Shown here piece after piece: positions 32,465 through 42,285 of a DNA stretch of 64,000 nucleotides; within the stretch, counting starts at the first letter, position 1; every line of letters starts with the position of its first letter. The stretch covers positions 32,001 to 96,000 of the forward strand of contig CAVTCR010000033.1 in assembly GCA_963733195.1 (NCBI GenBank), read 5' to 3'. The notes under the pieces were generated by a model, which worked only from the letters and a program-made list of their open reading frames with translations, searched no databases and was not told the origin of the DNA. A program made the translations under genes and the position numbers. This stretch comes from an uncultured delta proteobacterium. Lineage in GTDB: Bacteria > Desulfobacterota > Binatia > Bin18.

Positions 32465-32845
32465 ATGATTAAATTGAAGTCCATTCGGCATACCGGGGTT
32501 CCAGTGATGGATGTTGATAAAGCCCGCGAGTTCTATGGAGATGTTCTGGGATTCAAAGAAATTCCGCGTCCCGAAATTAAGGGCATTCCCGGTATCTGGT
32601 ATGAGTGCAACGGCACGCAAGTGCACATTATTGGACAGCGCAATGAGATGGCGGCACAGGGATTGCCTGGCATCGGCACGCATATCGCTATCCATGTCGA
32701 AGACTTCGAAGAGGCGAAGCGAGAGCTGACGGCCAAAGGCATCGAGTTCAAGGAATTCATGCCGCCGCCTCATATTGGCAATGCGCCAGTACTGTTTGTG
32801 AAAGACCCTGACGGTAATGTCGTTGAGTTGCGGGCGGAAGCGTAG
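32465..32845 (+). CDS. VOC/glyoxalase family protein
   Basis: HTGVPVMDVDKAREFYGDVLG ... HIAIHV ... KDPDGNVVEL. Confidence 0.92.
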   Translation: MIKLKSIRHTGVPVMDVDKAREFYGDVLGFKEIPRPEIKGIPGIWYECNGTQVHIIGQRNEMAAQGLPGIGTHIAIHVEDFEEAKRELTAKGIEFKEFMPPPHIGNAPVLFVKDPDGNVVELRAEA

Positions 32846-32933
32846 CCTGAAGTGATGAGTCACGGGTAAAAGTAATGAGCCTCGTAGCCTCCCCGTGTGT
32901 GCACTGCCCACTCTACGCTGGCAACCGAAGAAC

Positions 32934-32954
32934 GGTGGGCCATGCCCACCCTAC
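32934..32954 (-). repeat. GTAG-type REP palindrome (degenerate copy at 32895-32916)
   Basis: Reverse complement reads GTAGGGTGGGCATGGCCCACC. Confidence 0.8.
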
Positions 32955-32990
32955 TGTTCTGTATTTGACGTGTGAGCAAAGGGTGATCTC

Positions 32991-33452
32991 ATGCGAATCG
33001 AAGTCCATCCCAAGCCTGACGGTATGCAACATATTAACTTCATGTTCAACGCAGAGGCGCAGGAACCTGAAGATCTTTGGGTGATTGCGCAATTGCATGA
33101 GTTTCCTGTCCCGCCGAAGCGGACCTTACAATGGGAACGAGAGGGGCAGGAGTACACCGTGTGGCAATACGGTCAATGTGTGGTCGGCAACGTCATGTTC
33201 TACATCGAGAAACATAAAGGCGTGGTAGATAAGATTCGTACGGTGTGTAATAGCGAATTCGAGCAGGCCGCTCTATCTCGTGCAGTATTCAACGAACTCG
33301 TATCACAAATTGCGTTAGAGTTGCAGAAGGACGCTCGCTTCATTGTCAATGGCAGTGGTGAGCTGGCGATCGACGTTGATGAAGCGAAGCTGCGCGAATG
33401 CGTGCAGAGAAAGTTAGCTGAGGCGCGCGAGATTGCTCGGAGTGAAGCGTGA
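32991..33452 (+). CDS. Hypothetical protein
   Basis: 153-aa ORF with normal composition in operon orientation; no family recognised. Confidence 0.7.
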   Translation: MRIEVHPKPDGMQHINFMFNAEAQEPEDLWVIAQLHEFPVPPKRTLQWEREGQEYTVWQYGQCVVGNVMFYIEKHKGVVDKIRTVCNSEFEQAALSRAVFNELVSQIALELQKDARFIVNGSGELAIDVDEAKLRECVQRKLAEAREIARSEA

Positions 33453-33460
33453 TAAGTCTC

Positions 33461-33495
33461 ACGTACCACGTGATACGTAAAACGTGGTGCGTGAA
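33461..33495. repeat. Heptamer array (ACGTNNN family)
   Basis: ACGTACC ACGTGAT ACGTAAA ACGTGGT GCGTGAA. Confidence 0.8.
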
Positions 33496-33507
33496 TCTGG
33501 AGGCCAT

Positions 33508-34260
33508 GTGGCAGGTGTAGAAGGAAAGATCGCATTCATTACAGGAGCTGGATCGGGGATAGGACGCGCAACTGCCCTGGTTTTGGCAAAAGGTGGCGCT
33601 GACATTGCGGTCTGTGATGTAAACCTGCCTGGAGCCGAAGCTACTGCCGAAGAGGTTCGCAAGCTAGGACGACGAACGCTGGCGCTCCGAGTTGATGTGA
33701 CACGGCTAGATGAAGTCGAACAAGCGGTTGCGAAAACAAAAAGTGATCTCGGTACGATTGACATTTTGCTTAGCAATGCGGGTATTGCGGAACAGGTCGC
33801 GTTTGCCGAGATGACCGAGGCACAGTGGGATCGCATGTTCAACGTTCACCTAACCGGTACATACAACTGCTTCCGAGCGATTCTTCCTGGTATGCGTGAA
33901 CGCAATTGGGGACGGCTGATTAGTACGTCCTCAATGGGGGCATTCACCGGCGGGGTGCGTCTCTCACATTACTGTGCTGCCAAAGCCGGTATTGCGGGAT
34001 TGACGATCGCAATGGCAAGCGAGCTGGCACGGACAGGGATTACCGTCAATGCCGTTGCGCCTGGAGTGATCGATACCCCGATGCTGCAGGAGAGCCCGCC
34101 GCAGTGGGTTGAGCGGATGGCGAAAACTATTCCCATGCGCAAACTCGGTAAACCTGAAGATATTGCCTATGCCGTCGCCTATCTTGCATCAGAAGAAGCC
34201 GGGTTTGTCACTGGGCAAATTCTCAGCCCCAATGGCGGCTCGTATACGAAGTGGTGTTGA
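33508..34260 (+). CDS. SDR oxidoreductase (FabG-like)
   Basis: TGAGSGIG, NAG, YCAAK, PGVIDT. Confidence 0.93.
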   Translation: MAGVEGKIAFITGAGSGIGRATALVLAKGGADIAVCDVNLPGAEATAEEVRKLGRRTLALRVDVTRLDEVEQAVAKTKSDLGTIDILLSNAGIAEQVAFAEMTEAQWDRMFNVHLTGTYNCFRAILPGMRERNWGRLISTSSMGAFTGGVRLSHYCAAKAGIAGLTIAMASELARTGITVNAVAPGVIDTPMLQESPPQWVERMAKTIPMRKLGKPEDIAYAVAYLASEEAGFVTGQILSPNGGSYTKWC

Positions 34261-34261
34261 T

Positions 34262-35044
34262 ATGCGACTCAAAGGAAAAGTAGCGTTAGTGACAGGCGCT
34301 GGCTCAGGATTAGGACAAGCCACGGCGCAGTTGTTTGCCCAAGAAGGGGCGAAAGTCATCGTTGCTGATATCAGCCAGCGTCGTGCTGAGGCGGTAGCCG
34401 CAGAAATCAATGGGACCGGGAAACGCGCAAAAGCAGTGGCGGTCCGTGGCGATGTCTCCCAGAAGGCTGAAGTTGATGCGATGGTGGCCGAGGGCAAGAA
34501 ACGTTTCGGCACGATCAATATTGTAGTGAACAATGCTGGGATCGGCCAGATCAAGAATTTTGTCGATATTTCGCCGGACGAATGGCAACGCATGCTTGAT
34601 GTTCACATGAAGGGGACATTTCTGTGTACACAGGCAGTGATCTCTGACATGATTGCCACGAATTGGGGACGGGTAATCAACACCGCCTCAGTTGCGGGTA
34701 TGCACGGCGGCCCGCAAAACGCACACTACGCTGCGGCGAAGGCGGCGATTATTGGATTCACGCGATCGCTGGCGCTGGAGTTGGCCCGTAATAACATCAC
34801 GGTGAACGCCGTTGCCCCCGGCCTCATCGATACGCCGATGGCGCGCGGTGTCGGAGCGGGTGAGGACAGAGCCATTGACGAGGCGAAAGCCGAACAAGTC
34901 AAACAATTCTTCTTGCGACGCATTCCCTTACGTCAACTCGGGCGACCGGCTGATATCGCCTCTGCTCATTTGTACCTCGCTTCGGATGAGGCGGCCTATG
35001 TCACCGGCCAGATCCTGAGTCCGAATGGTGGATATGTGATGTAA
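34262..35044 (+). CDS. SDR oxidoreductase (FabG-like), tandem paralogue
   Basis: TGAGSGLG, NNAG, YAAAK, PGLIDT. Confidence 0.93.
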   Translation: MRLKGKVALVTGAGSGLGQATAQLFAQEGAKVIVADISQRRAEAVAAEINGTGKRAKAVAVRGDVSQKAEVDAMVAEGKKRFGTINIVVNNAGIGQIKNFVDISPDEWQRMLDVHMKGTFLCTQAVISDMIATNWGRVINTASVAGMHGGPQNAHYAAAKAAIIGFTRSLALELARNNITVNAVAPGLIDTPMARGVGAGEDRAIDEAKAEQVKQFFLRRIPLRQLGRPADIASAHLYLASDEAAYVTGQILSPNGGYVM

Positions 35045-35050
35045 CCAACA

Positions 35051-35176
35051 ATCTAGGGGTCTATGGGTCTAAGAGTCTAGAGTTAGGAGTCGAAAAAAGT
35101 GTGGAAGCAGAGATTTTGTTTTTGACTCCCAGACGCCAGACTAAGACTCCTCGACGCATAGACTAGCCCTAGACTG
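35051..35176. repeat. Inverted pair of 7-8-mer arrays (CTAGAC family)
   Basis: TCTAGGGG TCTATGGG TCTAAGAG TCTAGAG TTAGGAG ... GACTCCCAGACGCCAGACTAAGACTCCTCGACGCATAGACTAGCCCTAGACT. Confidence 0.8.
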
Positions 35177-35223
35177 TTTTCGCTGTTTCGTCTATCTAGT
35201 AACTCTCTGAGAGGAGACAATCT

Positions 35224-36390
35224 GTGACGACATTGACGGCCCCTTCGCGGTTCTTCACCCCGGAGCACGAGATTTTTCGTGAACAAGTGCGGAACTTCGT
35301 CAATAAAGAGCTCAATCCGTACATGGATCAATGGGAAGAAGAACAACTTTTCCCGAAATCCCTATACCGCCGAATGGGTGAGCTCGGATTTCTCGGTATT
35401 CGTTATCCTGAAAAGTACGGTGGGAGTAATGGCGACATCTGGATGACTGTCGCATTTTGCGAAGAACTGTGCCGTGCCCGCGGCATGGGGCTACCTATGA
35501 GTGTGCTGGTTCATACCGATATGTCATCAACGCATATTGCTCGTTACGGGACAGAAGAGCAGCGGCAGCAATATCTTGTGCCCATGATCACCGGCGAGAA
35601 AGTGTGTGCGATCGCAGTGTCTGAACCAGCTGCGGGGTCTGATGTCGGTGGCATTCAAACAACCGCGGTAAAGGATGGTGATTCCTACGTTATTAACGGC
35701 TCGAAGATTTTTATTACTAACTCGGTGCATGCTGACGTTTTTTGTGTCGCGGCGAAGACCAATAAAGACGCTGCTCATAAAGGCATCTCGATGATTATTG
35801 TCGAGCGTGACACACCAGGGTTTCGTCTTGCCAAGAAACTCAAAAAGCTCGGTAATAACTCTTCCGATACCGGCGAGCTGGTGTTCGAAGATGTCCGGGT
35901 TCCACGTAAAAATTTGATTGGTGAAGAGGGCAAGGGATTCTACTACATCATGGGGAATTTTCAGGACGAACGTCTGATCGCGGCGGCGATGGCGGTCGGT
36001 GCCGCGCAACAGGCACTCGAAGATACCCTACGGTATACGCGAGAACGACGTACCTTTGGTAAGCGCGTGTTTGATCATCAGGCACTTGCGCACCGTTTGG
36101 CTGACCTCGCCACTGAGCTAGAAGCAGCTCGACAGTTGACGTATTACGCTGCTGATGTTCTTCAGCGGGGTGGCGATTGCAGTACTGAGGTTTCGATGGC
36201 TAAGCTGTTTGCCTCGGAAATGGCCAATCGAATGGCGTATCACTGTTTGCAACTTCATGGTGGTTATGGTTATATGCAGGAGTTTCCGATTGAGCGCTTT
36301 TTCCGGGATATTCGTCTGAGTCCGATTGGGGGAGGAACCTCGGAGATCATGCGTGATATTATCGCGAGACGGGGGCTTGATAGAGACTAA
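35224..36390 (+). CDS. Acyl-CoA dehydrogenase
   Basis: AVSEPAAGSD, NGSKIFITN, QLHGGYGYMQE, IGGGTSEIM. Confidence 0.95.
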   Translation: MTTLTAPSRFFTPEHEIFREQVRNFVNKELNPYMDQWEEEQLFPKSLYRRMGELGFLGIRYPEKYGGSNGDIWMTVAFCEELCRARGMGLPMSVLVHTDMSSTHIARYGTEEQRQQYLVPMITGEKVCAIAVSEPAAGSDVGGIQTTAVKDGDSYVINGSKIFITNSVHADVFCVAAKTNKDAAHKGISMIIVERDTPGFRLAKKLKKLGNNSSDTGELVFEDVRVPRKNLIGEEGKGFYYIMGNFQDERLIAAAMAVGAAQQALEDTLRYTRERRTFGKRVFDHQALAHRLADLATELEAARQLTYYAADVLQRGGDCSTEVSMAKLFASEMANRMAYHCLQLHGGYGYMQEFPIERFFRDIRLSPIGGGTSEIMRDIIARRGLDRD

Positions 36391-36583
36391 CGATTGGGAG
36401 CGTAAATCGAAAACCGTAAAGAAAGCCGACCCTCATCATCTACTAGGATTCATCCTTTGGAATTCTTTCCTCTTTACGAGTTACCTTTTACGGCTTCGGG
36501 AGTGGTTGTGATGTGTGGTGGTGGAACGTTACCCCTTAGGCTCTTGAGGAGAATAGGGGTGGTGGAGTGGGGAGGAAGAGCAC

Positions 36584-37069
36584 ATGGGAAGAGTGTTGGA
36601 GGTCGAAGTCCCGCAAGACGTATTTAGTCGCCGTATTCAACCCTTTGGCATTGCCCTCGCCGAAGTCTCCTGGCGGGTGAAAATGTTCACCCACGATGGT
36701 GTCGTGCTGGCTGCGCTGCACCTGGAAGAGCCTAACCTCATCATCGCGCTCTCGTTCTGGCCGCAGGCCGAACTTGCCCGGCGCTGTTTTAAGGGAAGCT
36801 TTGAGATCAGTCTGGTTGCGGTGAACACTCCGAGCAGTCGAGTTCGTATGGATGTCCAACTGGATGCGACAACAGTTGAGGAACTATTCGTTGCTGCCGA
36901 GTTAATTAACGCTCGTCCTACGCGAACTGGCGTTCGACGGGCGGAGAAACATTTTGCCGAGTTCCTCAAATCGAGTTTTCCTGACATGGTTGTGGTGTGG
37001 GCTGATGCCTACCGCTGGCGCGAACGGCGGCGGCGAGTTGATGCCACTACGCCGATTCGCGTGGGATGA
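36584..37069 (+). CDS. Hypothetical protein
   Basis: 161-aa ORF with RBS GGAGG; no family recognised. Confidence 0.6.
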   Translation: MGRVLEVEVPQDVFSRRIQPFGIALAEVSWRVKMFTHDGVVLAALHLEEPNLIIALSFWPQAELARRCFKGSFEISLVAVNTPSSRVRMDVQLDATTVEELFVAAELINARPTRTGVRRAEKHFAEFLKSSFPDMVVVWADAYRWRERRRRVDATTPIRVG

Positions 37070-37360
37070 GCCATGAGCGAAAAAAGCACAACGACCTTGC
37101 AGTAGTGTTCTCGAAGACTGCTTGCTACGATGATGTATAGTGCACTCTTTGTGAGTGTAGCCAGCGCTGAAGATGAAGTGACGAAGCTCAATGCCGGTAA
37201 GCGAGAGCTACCAGACGGCTTCATTGTCGAGATTCGGAAGCAATGAGTCTCGGGGCTCGAAGCACAGTCTTTCTACTATTGTTGACTCTAGACTCTGGAC
37301 CCTCGATGAGCTTCTCAGTATAGTAGCCCGACTCACAAACCCGCGTTAAAGGAGGTTGTC

Positions 37361-37834
37361 ATGACCGACGAGGAACTCAAAGCAAAAATTAAAGAAGTTA
37401 TCTCAGAAATGGGAATCTGGAGTGGTCATCGGGAGATGACAGTCGATGATATTGCTACCATTCAGCCAGGTCTGGCGCGTATCATGCCGGATGTTGGCAT
37501 CCGCACCTGGAAACTTTACTATGCTGCGAAGGAAGGTCACTGGGAGTTAGCCAATTTCCAATGGAAGGAAATTAAAGAACTCATGGAACTCGGAGCGTTC
37601 ACCCGACCAAAACATGAGGAGGCCCTGAACCAGTTCATGGCGGAAGACTGGCCACCGATCGGCAAAGCAATTGCCGCGAAAGATTTTGCGGCGTTTGAAA
37701 CCGCCTTCCATAAAGCGGTTGAACAAGCAAATGCCTATCACGAATTGAAAGATAAACCGTATATTCGTTGGAAACTGCCGAATACCCCGCCACCGGATTT
37801 AGAGATGGCACCGCGAGGGAAGAAGAGTAGTTAG
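37361..37834 (+). CDS. Four-helix cytochrome c'-like protein lacking CxxCH
   Basis: PGLARIM..KLYYAAKEGHWELANF..AIAAKDFAAFETAF..ANAYH; strong RBS AGGAGG. Confidence 0.6.
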   Translation: MTDEELKAKIKEVISEMGIWSGHREMTVDDIATIQPGLARIMPDVGIRTWKLYYAAKEGHWELANFQWKEIKELMELGAFTRPKHEEALNQFMAEDWPPIGKAIAAKDFAAFETAFHKAVEQANAYHELKDKPYIRWKLPNTPPPDLEMAPRGKKSS

Positions 37835-37860
37835 GCTAGAAAAATCAGGCCGGAATGATG

Positions 37861-37892
37861 AAGGGCAGGTTAGCGCTGACCTGCCCTTTTTT
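37861..37892 (+). terminator. Rho-independent terminator between convergent genes
   Basis: AAGGGCAGGTTAG-CG-CTGACCTGCCCTT followed by a T run. Confidence 0.85.
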
Positions 37893-37896
37893 GCTG

Positions 37897-39636
37897 CTAA
37901 GGTGCTGGTTCAGTCGCCGACTGAGTATCTAAAAAAGACGGCTGCGAATCTCTCACTTGAAAGGCGGTTTCTGCAGGGGTTGAGCCTCCCTTCGTCAAAG
38001 TTCTGATGCCCCACCGGACGTTCGACCCTCGTGCATCGACGTGAATGAACGGGCCGTGGCTAGATGTCTCCCGGTAGCGAGCAAGACCCCCCATCAGTAT
38101 TTTTTGCAACCGAGGCTCAGATGCATTCTCGATAAGTTGATAGATCACGTCGGCGTCATGCGTGTCGATAACGCCATCCTGATTCAGGTCGTCCATTTCC
38201 CCATCATGTGGCTCTTCATCAATGAAAATATCCGCAGCATCACCCCATAGATGCCGACTGTAGGTGGTCCGGTTACCGATGGCGCGATTGTAATACGGTG
38301 TACGATACCCGCTCATGATGCTAAACGTTCGCGCGCGATAACCGTGTGCGTTGACCATTTCGAGGAGCTGCTCAAGAGTGGCAAGTAGGCGTGCATCTAA
38401 GATCATGTATTTGGGATAATCTCCATCTTGTTTACAAAGAAATTGGCGCAAACGAAAATGGGGGCTGACAAGTATATTCTCATTCTCTGGTGTGACTTCG
38501 ATGAGTCCACGAGGTGGGTTGTACATCGGCAGTTTGCGCAGCGCCTCGGTAGGATACTGGCCAATGCGATAGCCATTGAGATGCCCATCTTGTATCCGGT
38601 CTAAAGGAACCATGACGAACACATTGAGAGTTACTGAGCTACCGGTCCGGGTATTTGTGATCTTCACCGGATAGAGGCCAGTGTCTGCTGGTGCGGTCCA
38701 GTACCACCGACGTGACGCCAAGAGACGTTCCGGACCTAACGAGCTGTGAAGAGTATATTCGCCTTTCCTCTGCGGGTCATTCACTGCCAAAAAGATCTCG
38801 TCTCTAGGAAGGACGAAGGCGCTATTGATACGACGCCCGAGTTGATCGTCATTAAAAGTGACAGTAAAGGGTGCCCTCTGCGGAGTATACCCTGACCACT
38901 CCTTGGTCCGGCTCTCGTCCTTTAGCATTACAGTTGGAGGGACGCGCTCTACGAGTGCGACGGTAGCAGGTGACGATGGCGACGGTGATTGTACAGCTGT
39001 TGCACTTTGCACCCTCTCCTCTTGAGTAGTCGATGCTAGAGGGCTTGATGGTTGTGTTGATCGTAACACATACATGTGTGAACTCTGAGATTTTGTAGCA
39101 ATCAGACGCGTTTTGCGCGCTGTCGAGGGAGGTGATTTCCGCAGTGAAATTTTCTTCTCTTTCCATCGGTGGTTCCGGGCTTCAGTTCGTGAAACAGGAA
39201 GTGCGACCACCGTCTTCTCCATAGTGTGGCGTTTGGTCTCCTTAAGAACTGTGACATATCGAGCTTTTGCACGATTTGAAGCAACAGTGCTGCGCTTCTT
39301 CTTTGTCCTGCTGTTCACAGCAGATTTATCAGATGCTCGAGATACAGGTTGGTATTTCTCTCGCGAAATAGAAACAGAAGGTTGGTCTTGCTTAAGTTTT
39401 TTTTCCTTCTGCACCCGCTGTTGACGTTGTGACGTCGGACGAATGGGAGTCGAGACCGAGCTACCTTTCGTGGCTGATGCAGGGGGCTTTTTCTTGGCGT
39501 TCGTCGGCTTCCGTGGGTTGTGCTTTTCTGTCGATGAAGCTGAAGATAGTTTTGCAAGCGCAAGGTACGAAACTGAGACAAAAATGCACAGGAGCAACGC
39601 TTGCCAACTGTATTGAACCTTTTTCTTGTTCTTCAT
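37897..39636 (-). CDS. Peptidase M15A-like Zn peptidase with long basic N-terminal region
   Basis: SPHFRLRQFLCK, SGYRTP.YN, SRHLWGDAADI, FIHVDARG. Confidence 0.85.
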   Translation of the reverse strand: MKNKKKVQYSWQALLLCIFVSVSYLALAKLSSASSTEKHNPRKPTNAKKKPPASATKGSSVSTPIRPTSQRQQRVQKEKKLKQDQPSVSISREKYQPVSRASDKSAVNSRTKKKRSTVASNRAKARYVTVLKETKRHTMEKTVVALPVSRTEARNHRWKEKKISLRKSPPSTARKTRLIATKSQSSHMYVLRSTQPSSPLASTTQEERVQSATAVQSPSPSSPATVALVERVPPTVMLKDESRTKEWSGYTPQRAPFTVTFNDDQLGRRINSAFVLPRDEIFLAVNDPQRKGEYTLHSSLGPERLLASRRWYWTAPADTGLYPVKITNTRTGSSVTLNVFVMVPLDRIQDGHLNGYRIGQYPTEALRKLPMYNPPRGLIEVTPENENILVSPHFRLRQFLCKQDGDYPKYMILDARLLATLEQLLEMVNAHGYRARTFSIMSGYRTPYYNRAIGNRTTYSRHLWGDAADIFIDEEPHDGEMDDLNQDGVIDTHDADVIYQLIENASEPRLQKILMGGLARYRETSSHGPFIHVDARGSNVRWGIRTLTKGGSTPAETAFQVRDSQPSFLDTQSATEPAP

Positions 39637-39649
39637 ACATGCTCCTGTC

Positions 39650-41755
39650 TTATTGTCCCGTTAATGCTTGTACTGGCGCTGGCGCTGGCGCTGGCGGCTG
39701 GGCAGGGGACTCCATACTTGGTGTACGTTTATGGATCTTTGTTCTGGGCGGTTGCCGCTTACGGCCGCGGTTCGAGCGTAATGTCGGGCCTAAGCGATCG
39801 TACCGGTAAATGTCATTACGGAATTGTAGCTCGCCGTCGTCGTCCACCCAGGCTGTCCAGTATTGAATGTAGACAGGCAGGGGGTCGGGTAGATATACAG
39901 TTTGTTCTTTGCTACGGCGTAGCGTAGCCTCGATCGCCTTCTTTGGCCACTTGGGAGAATCGCGTAAGAGATATTCGGCAAGTTCGAGGGGCTTTTCTAC
40001 ACGAATGCAGCCATGGCTAAAGGTCCGCACTGTACGATTAAAAAGACTTTTTGATGGGGTATCGTGGAGATACACGCTATACGGATTGGGGAATATGAAC
40101 TTGACTCGACCCAGAGCATTTTTTGGTCCCGGCCCCTGACGGATGACGTAGTCGTAGACTCGAACTGACTTCGTAGACCCATCTATCGCGTCAGGGTCGG
40201 GAACTTGTTTATAGCCGACTGGAATGCGGCGGACAGCGTAGTTGTTACGTCCAAAGTACGAAGGATTGCGCTGATGAAGAGGCCAGAGCTCTTTCTCGGC
40301 GATCGTCTTGGGAACGTACCAGTATGGATTGAGTACGACATAAGTCATCTTGGCACTGAATGTGGGAGTGGCGTTCTCTTTGATCATCTTGCCAACGACA
40401 ACCTTCATGTCCATCACCGATTGTTCGTTCTCTACAACCGCTAAGGTGAAGTTCGGCACATTCACGGCGATGTAGCGGCGTCCGAGATCTTGCGGCAGGC
40501 TGCGCCAACGTGTCATGTTCATGGTGATTTGGCGTACGCGGGTCTCGGCGGAGATATTCAACGCGGCTAACGTCTCTCCCCCAACAATACCATTTACCGT
40601 CAATCCGTGCCGGCGTTGGAACTTCTGCACTCCTTGTTCTATTTCCTGATCAAAGATTGCAGCAGATATAGATTCCGGGCTTTGTTTTCCTGACGGATCA
40701 AACAGGTTGTCAGGACTGTCTACTGCAGAAGCGGGGATATCGCCACTGGCAATGAGACGCGCTCGCAATTTCGCAACCCGGTCCCCACTAGCGCCGAGAA
40801 CAAGTTCAGGTCCTGCCGGAACACTTGGCCAGCCACCGTGGGCGGCAATATCACGATAGCGGGCCAAAGCCTCGCGCAAGCGTGTGTATCCAGGTTGCTT
40901 TGGTGGCAAGTTCCGAATGGTGTCGACAATCTGGTTCGAAATCAGTGCCGTTTGCAATAGTGGCACTAAATCGCTCTCGTCATTTTTGGTAAACCACTTC
41001 TCATCCAGCATCTCGAGATTGACCCGACCAAGAGAGGCATCCACTCCGTACAGGAAGAAAGCATCGGTCAGCAAAAAATCCAGATCCGCCAGGAGCACTG
41101 GATCATGAGTTTTCTGGGCAGCTTGTCCGAACTGCAGATCCGCCAGCACGGCTTTGATCTTGGCGAGGTGATAATCGCTGGCACGTAGTCCTTCACGACC
41201 CGCTTCTTCTTGAATGGAGTTCAGAAAATCCTCTGCGTGTGGAAGCGGACCGGAAGCACTTGTCCAGGCTGGTTGGTGCTCTCGTCCTTCATAGAATCGC
41301 GTGAGGAGCGCGGTGGCACGGATGAGTTCCTTGCCGACATACAACTTCGGAGGAATAAACTTTGCCGGTTTCTCTGGTGGTGCTGGGGCAACAGGGGGAG
41401 TTGATGGTACTGCCTCAGGAGCCGCGCCGTTGGCATCGTTTGCTGGGTTAGCGTTTGCATCGACGGGCGGGGTGCCAGTGACTTCTATCGGTGTCGCAGT
41501 AGGCACCGGTTCTGGAGGTGGCTTACGTGCTTCGAGTTGTGTCCGAATACGTTCGGTTATTGGGTCTGAAGCAAGCTGGGCGGATAGCGGAAGTGGAAGC
41601 AGTAAGTCTGATGCAGAGAGCGCTACTCCTATCAACAATATCAGCCTGTGCACCCTCAGACTTACCGCTGCAAGTGAGAGTCTGTGGCGTCGTGCGGACG
41701 ATAAGAGTATCGTCAAGCACTGTACGAACCGTCGGCGTAACATCATGTACTCCAT
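39650..41755 (-). CDS. YcbB/LdtD-like L,D-transpeptidase
   Basis: PG-binding motif FQRRHGL..GIVG, VNVPNF, NPYWYVP, GPKNALGRVKFIFPN, YLHDTP, SHGCIRV. Confidence 0.93.
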   Translation of the reverse strand: MEYMMLRRRFVQCLTILLSSARRHRLSLAAVSLRVHRLILLIGVALSASDLLLPLPLSAQLASDPITERIRTQLEARKPPPEPVPTATPIEVTGTPPVDANANPANDANGAAPEAVPSTPPVAPAPPEKPAKFIPPKLYVGKELIRATALLTRFYEGREHQPAWTSASGPLPHAEDFLNSIQEEAGREGLRASDYHLAKIKAVLADLQFGQAAQKTHDPVLLADLDFLLTDAFFLYGVDASLGRVNLEMLDEKWFTKNDESDLVPLLQTALISNQIVDTIRNLPPKQPGYTRLREALARYRDIAAHGGWPSVPAGPELVLGASGDRVAKLRARLIASGDIPASAVDSPDNLFDPSGKQSPESISAAIFDQEIEQGVQKFQRRHGLTVNGIVGGETLAALNISAETRVRQITMNMTRWRSLPQDLGRRYIAVNVPNFTLAVVENEQSVMDMKVVVGKMIKENATPTFSAKMTYVVLNPYWYVPKTIAEKELWPLHQRNPSYFGRNNYAVRRIPVGYKQVPDPDAIDGSTKSVRVYDYVIRQGPGPKNALGRVKFIFPNPYSVYLHDTPSKSLFNRTVRTFSHGCIRVEKPLELAEYLLRDSPKWPKKAIEATLRRSKEQTVYLPDPLPVYIQYWTAWVDDDGELQFRNDIYRYDRLGPTLRSNRGRKRQPPRTKIHKRTPSMESPAQPPAPAPAPVQALTGQ

Positions 41756-41988
41756 CGGACGACTGTGACCTCCTTAAGAAGAGAAGAAGCAGGGGGATGA
41801 TTAATCATAGCACGGTTAGAGGCAGTGTATCACCTGTTCAGCAAAATCTTTACAGTAATGCCGAATTTCGTGGCCGATTTCTCCTCTCCAGGATGGACAG
41901 AGGCTGTGACTCCGACCTCGGGTCTAATAGCACGGATATTCGTTTGGCACATTGCCTTCCGACGATGAGGAAGGCAAGAGAGATCACA

Positions 41989-42250
41989 TCAGAAGGGGGA
42001 ATCGAGATCAGGTACAGGCCGTTGTTCCTCGATTCCCGGAGGAGAAAGCAAACCTTTGATATTATCTCCCGATCCTCGCGGCTGTCTGAGCGGCGCATTG
42101 GCACTGGGCATCGTAACATTCTGCTCGGCACGCACAGTGACGTATACATCGGGAACAAATTCCCGAAAGCGCTGTTTCAATTGTTCTCGCAACTGAGTTA
42201 TTGTTAAGCCGACAACCTGAACATCATTTATGAGAGGAGTGAGGCAAATT
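41989..42250 (-). pseudogene. Fragment of a polysaccharide export (Wza/Poly_export) domain
   Basis: PLINDVQVVGLTITQLREQLKQRFREFVPDVYVTV with an in-frame stop upstream and no N-terminal part. Confidence 0.5.
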
Positions 42251-42285
42251 TCATATTTTTACACCCATCGAGCCCCGGCTTCATC

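Noticed and set aside
41518-42207. 229-aa plus-strand ORF, and the many other antisense or shadow ORFs
   Set aside because: They overlap well-supported genes on the other strand or frame and show no protein motifs.
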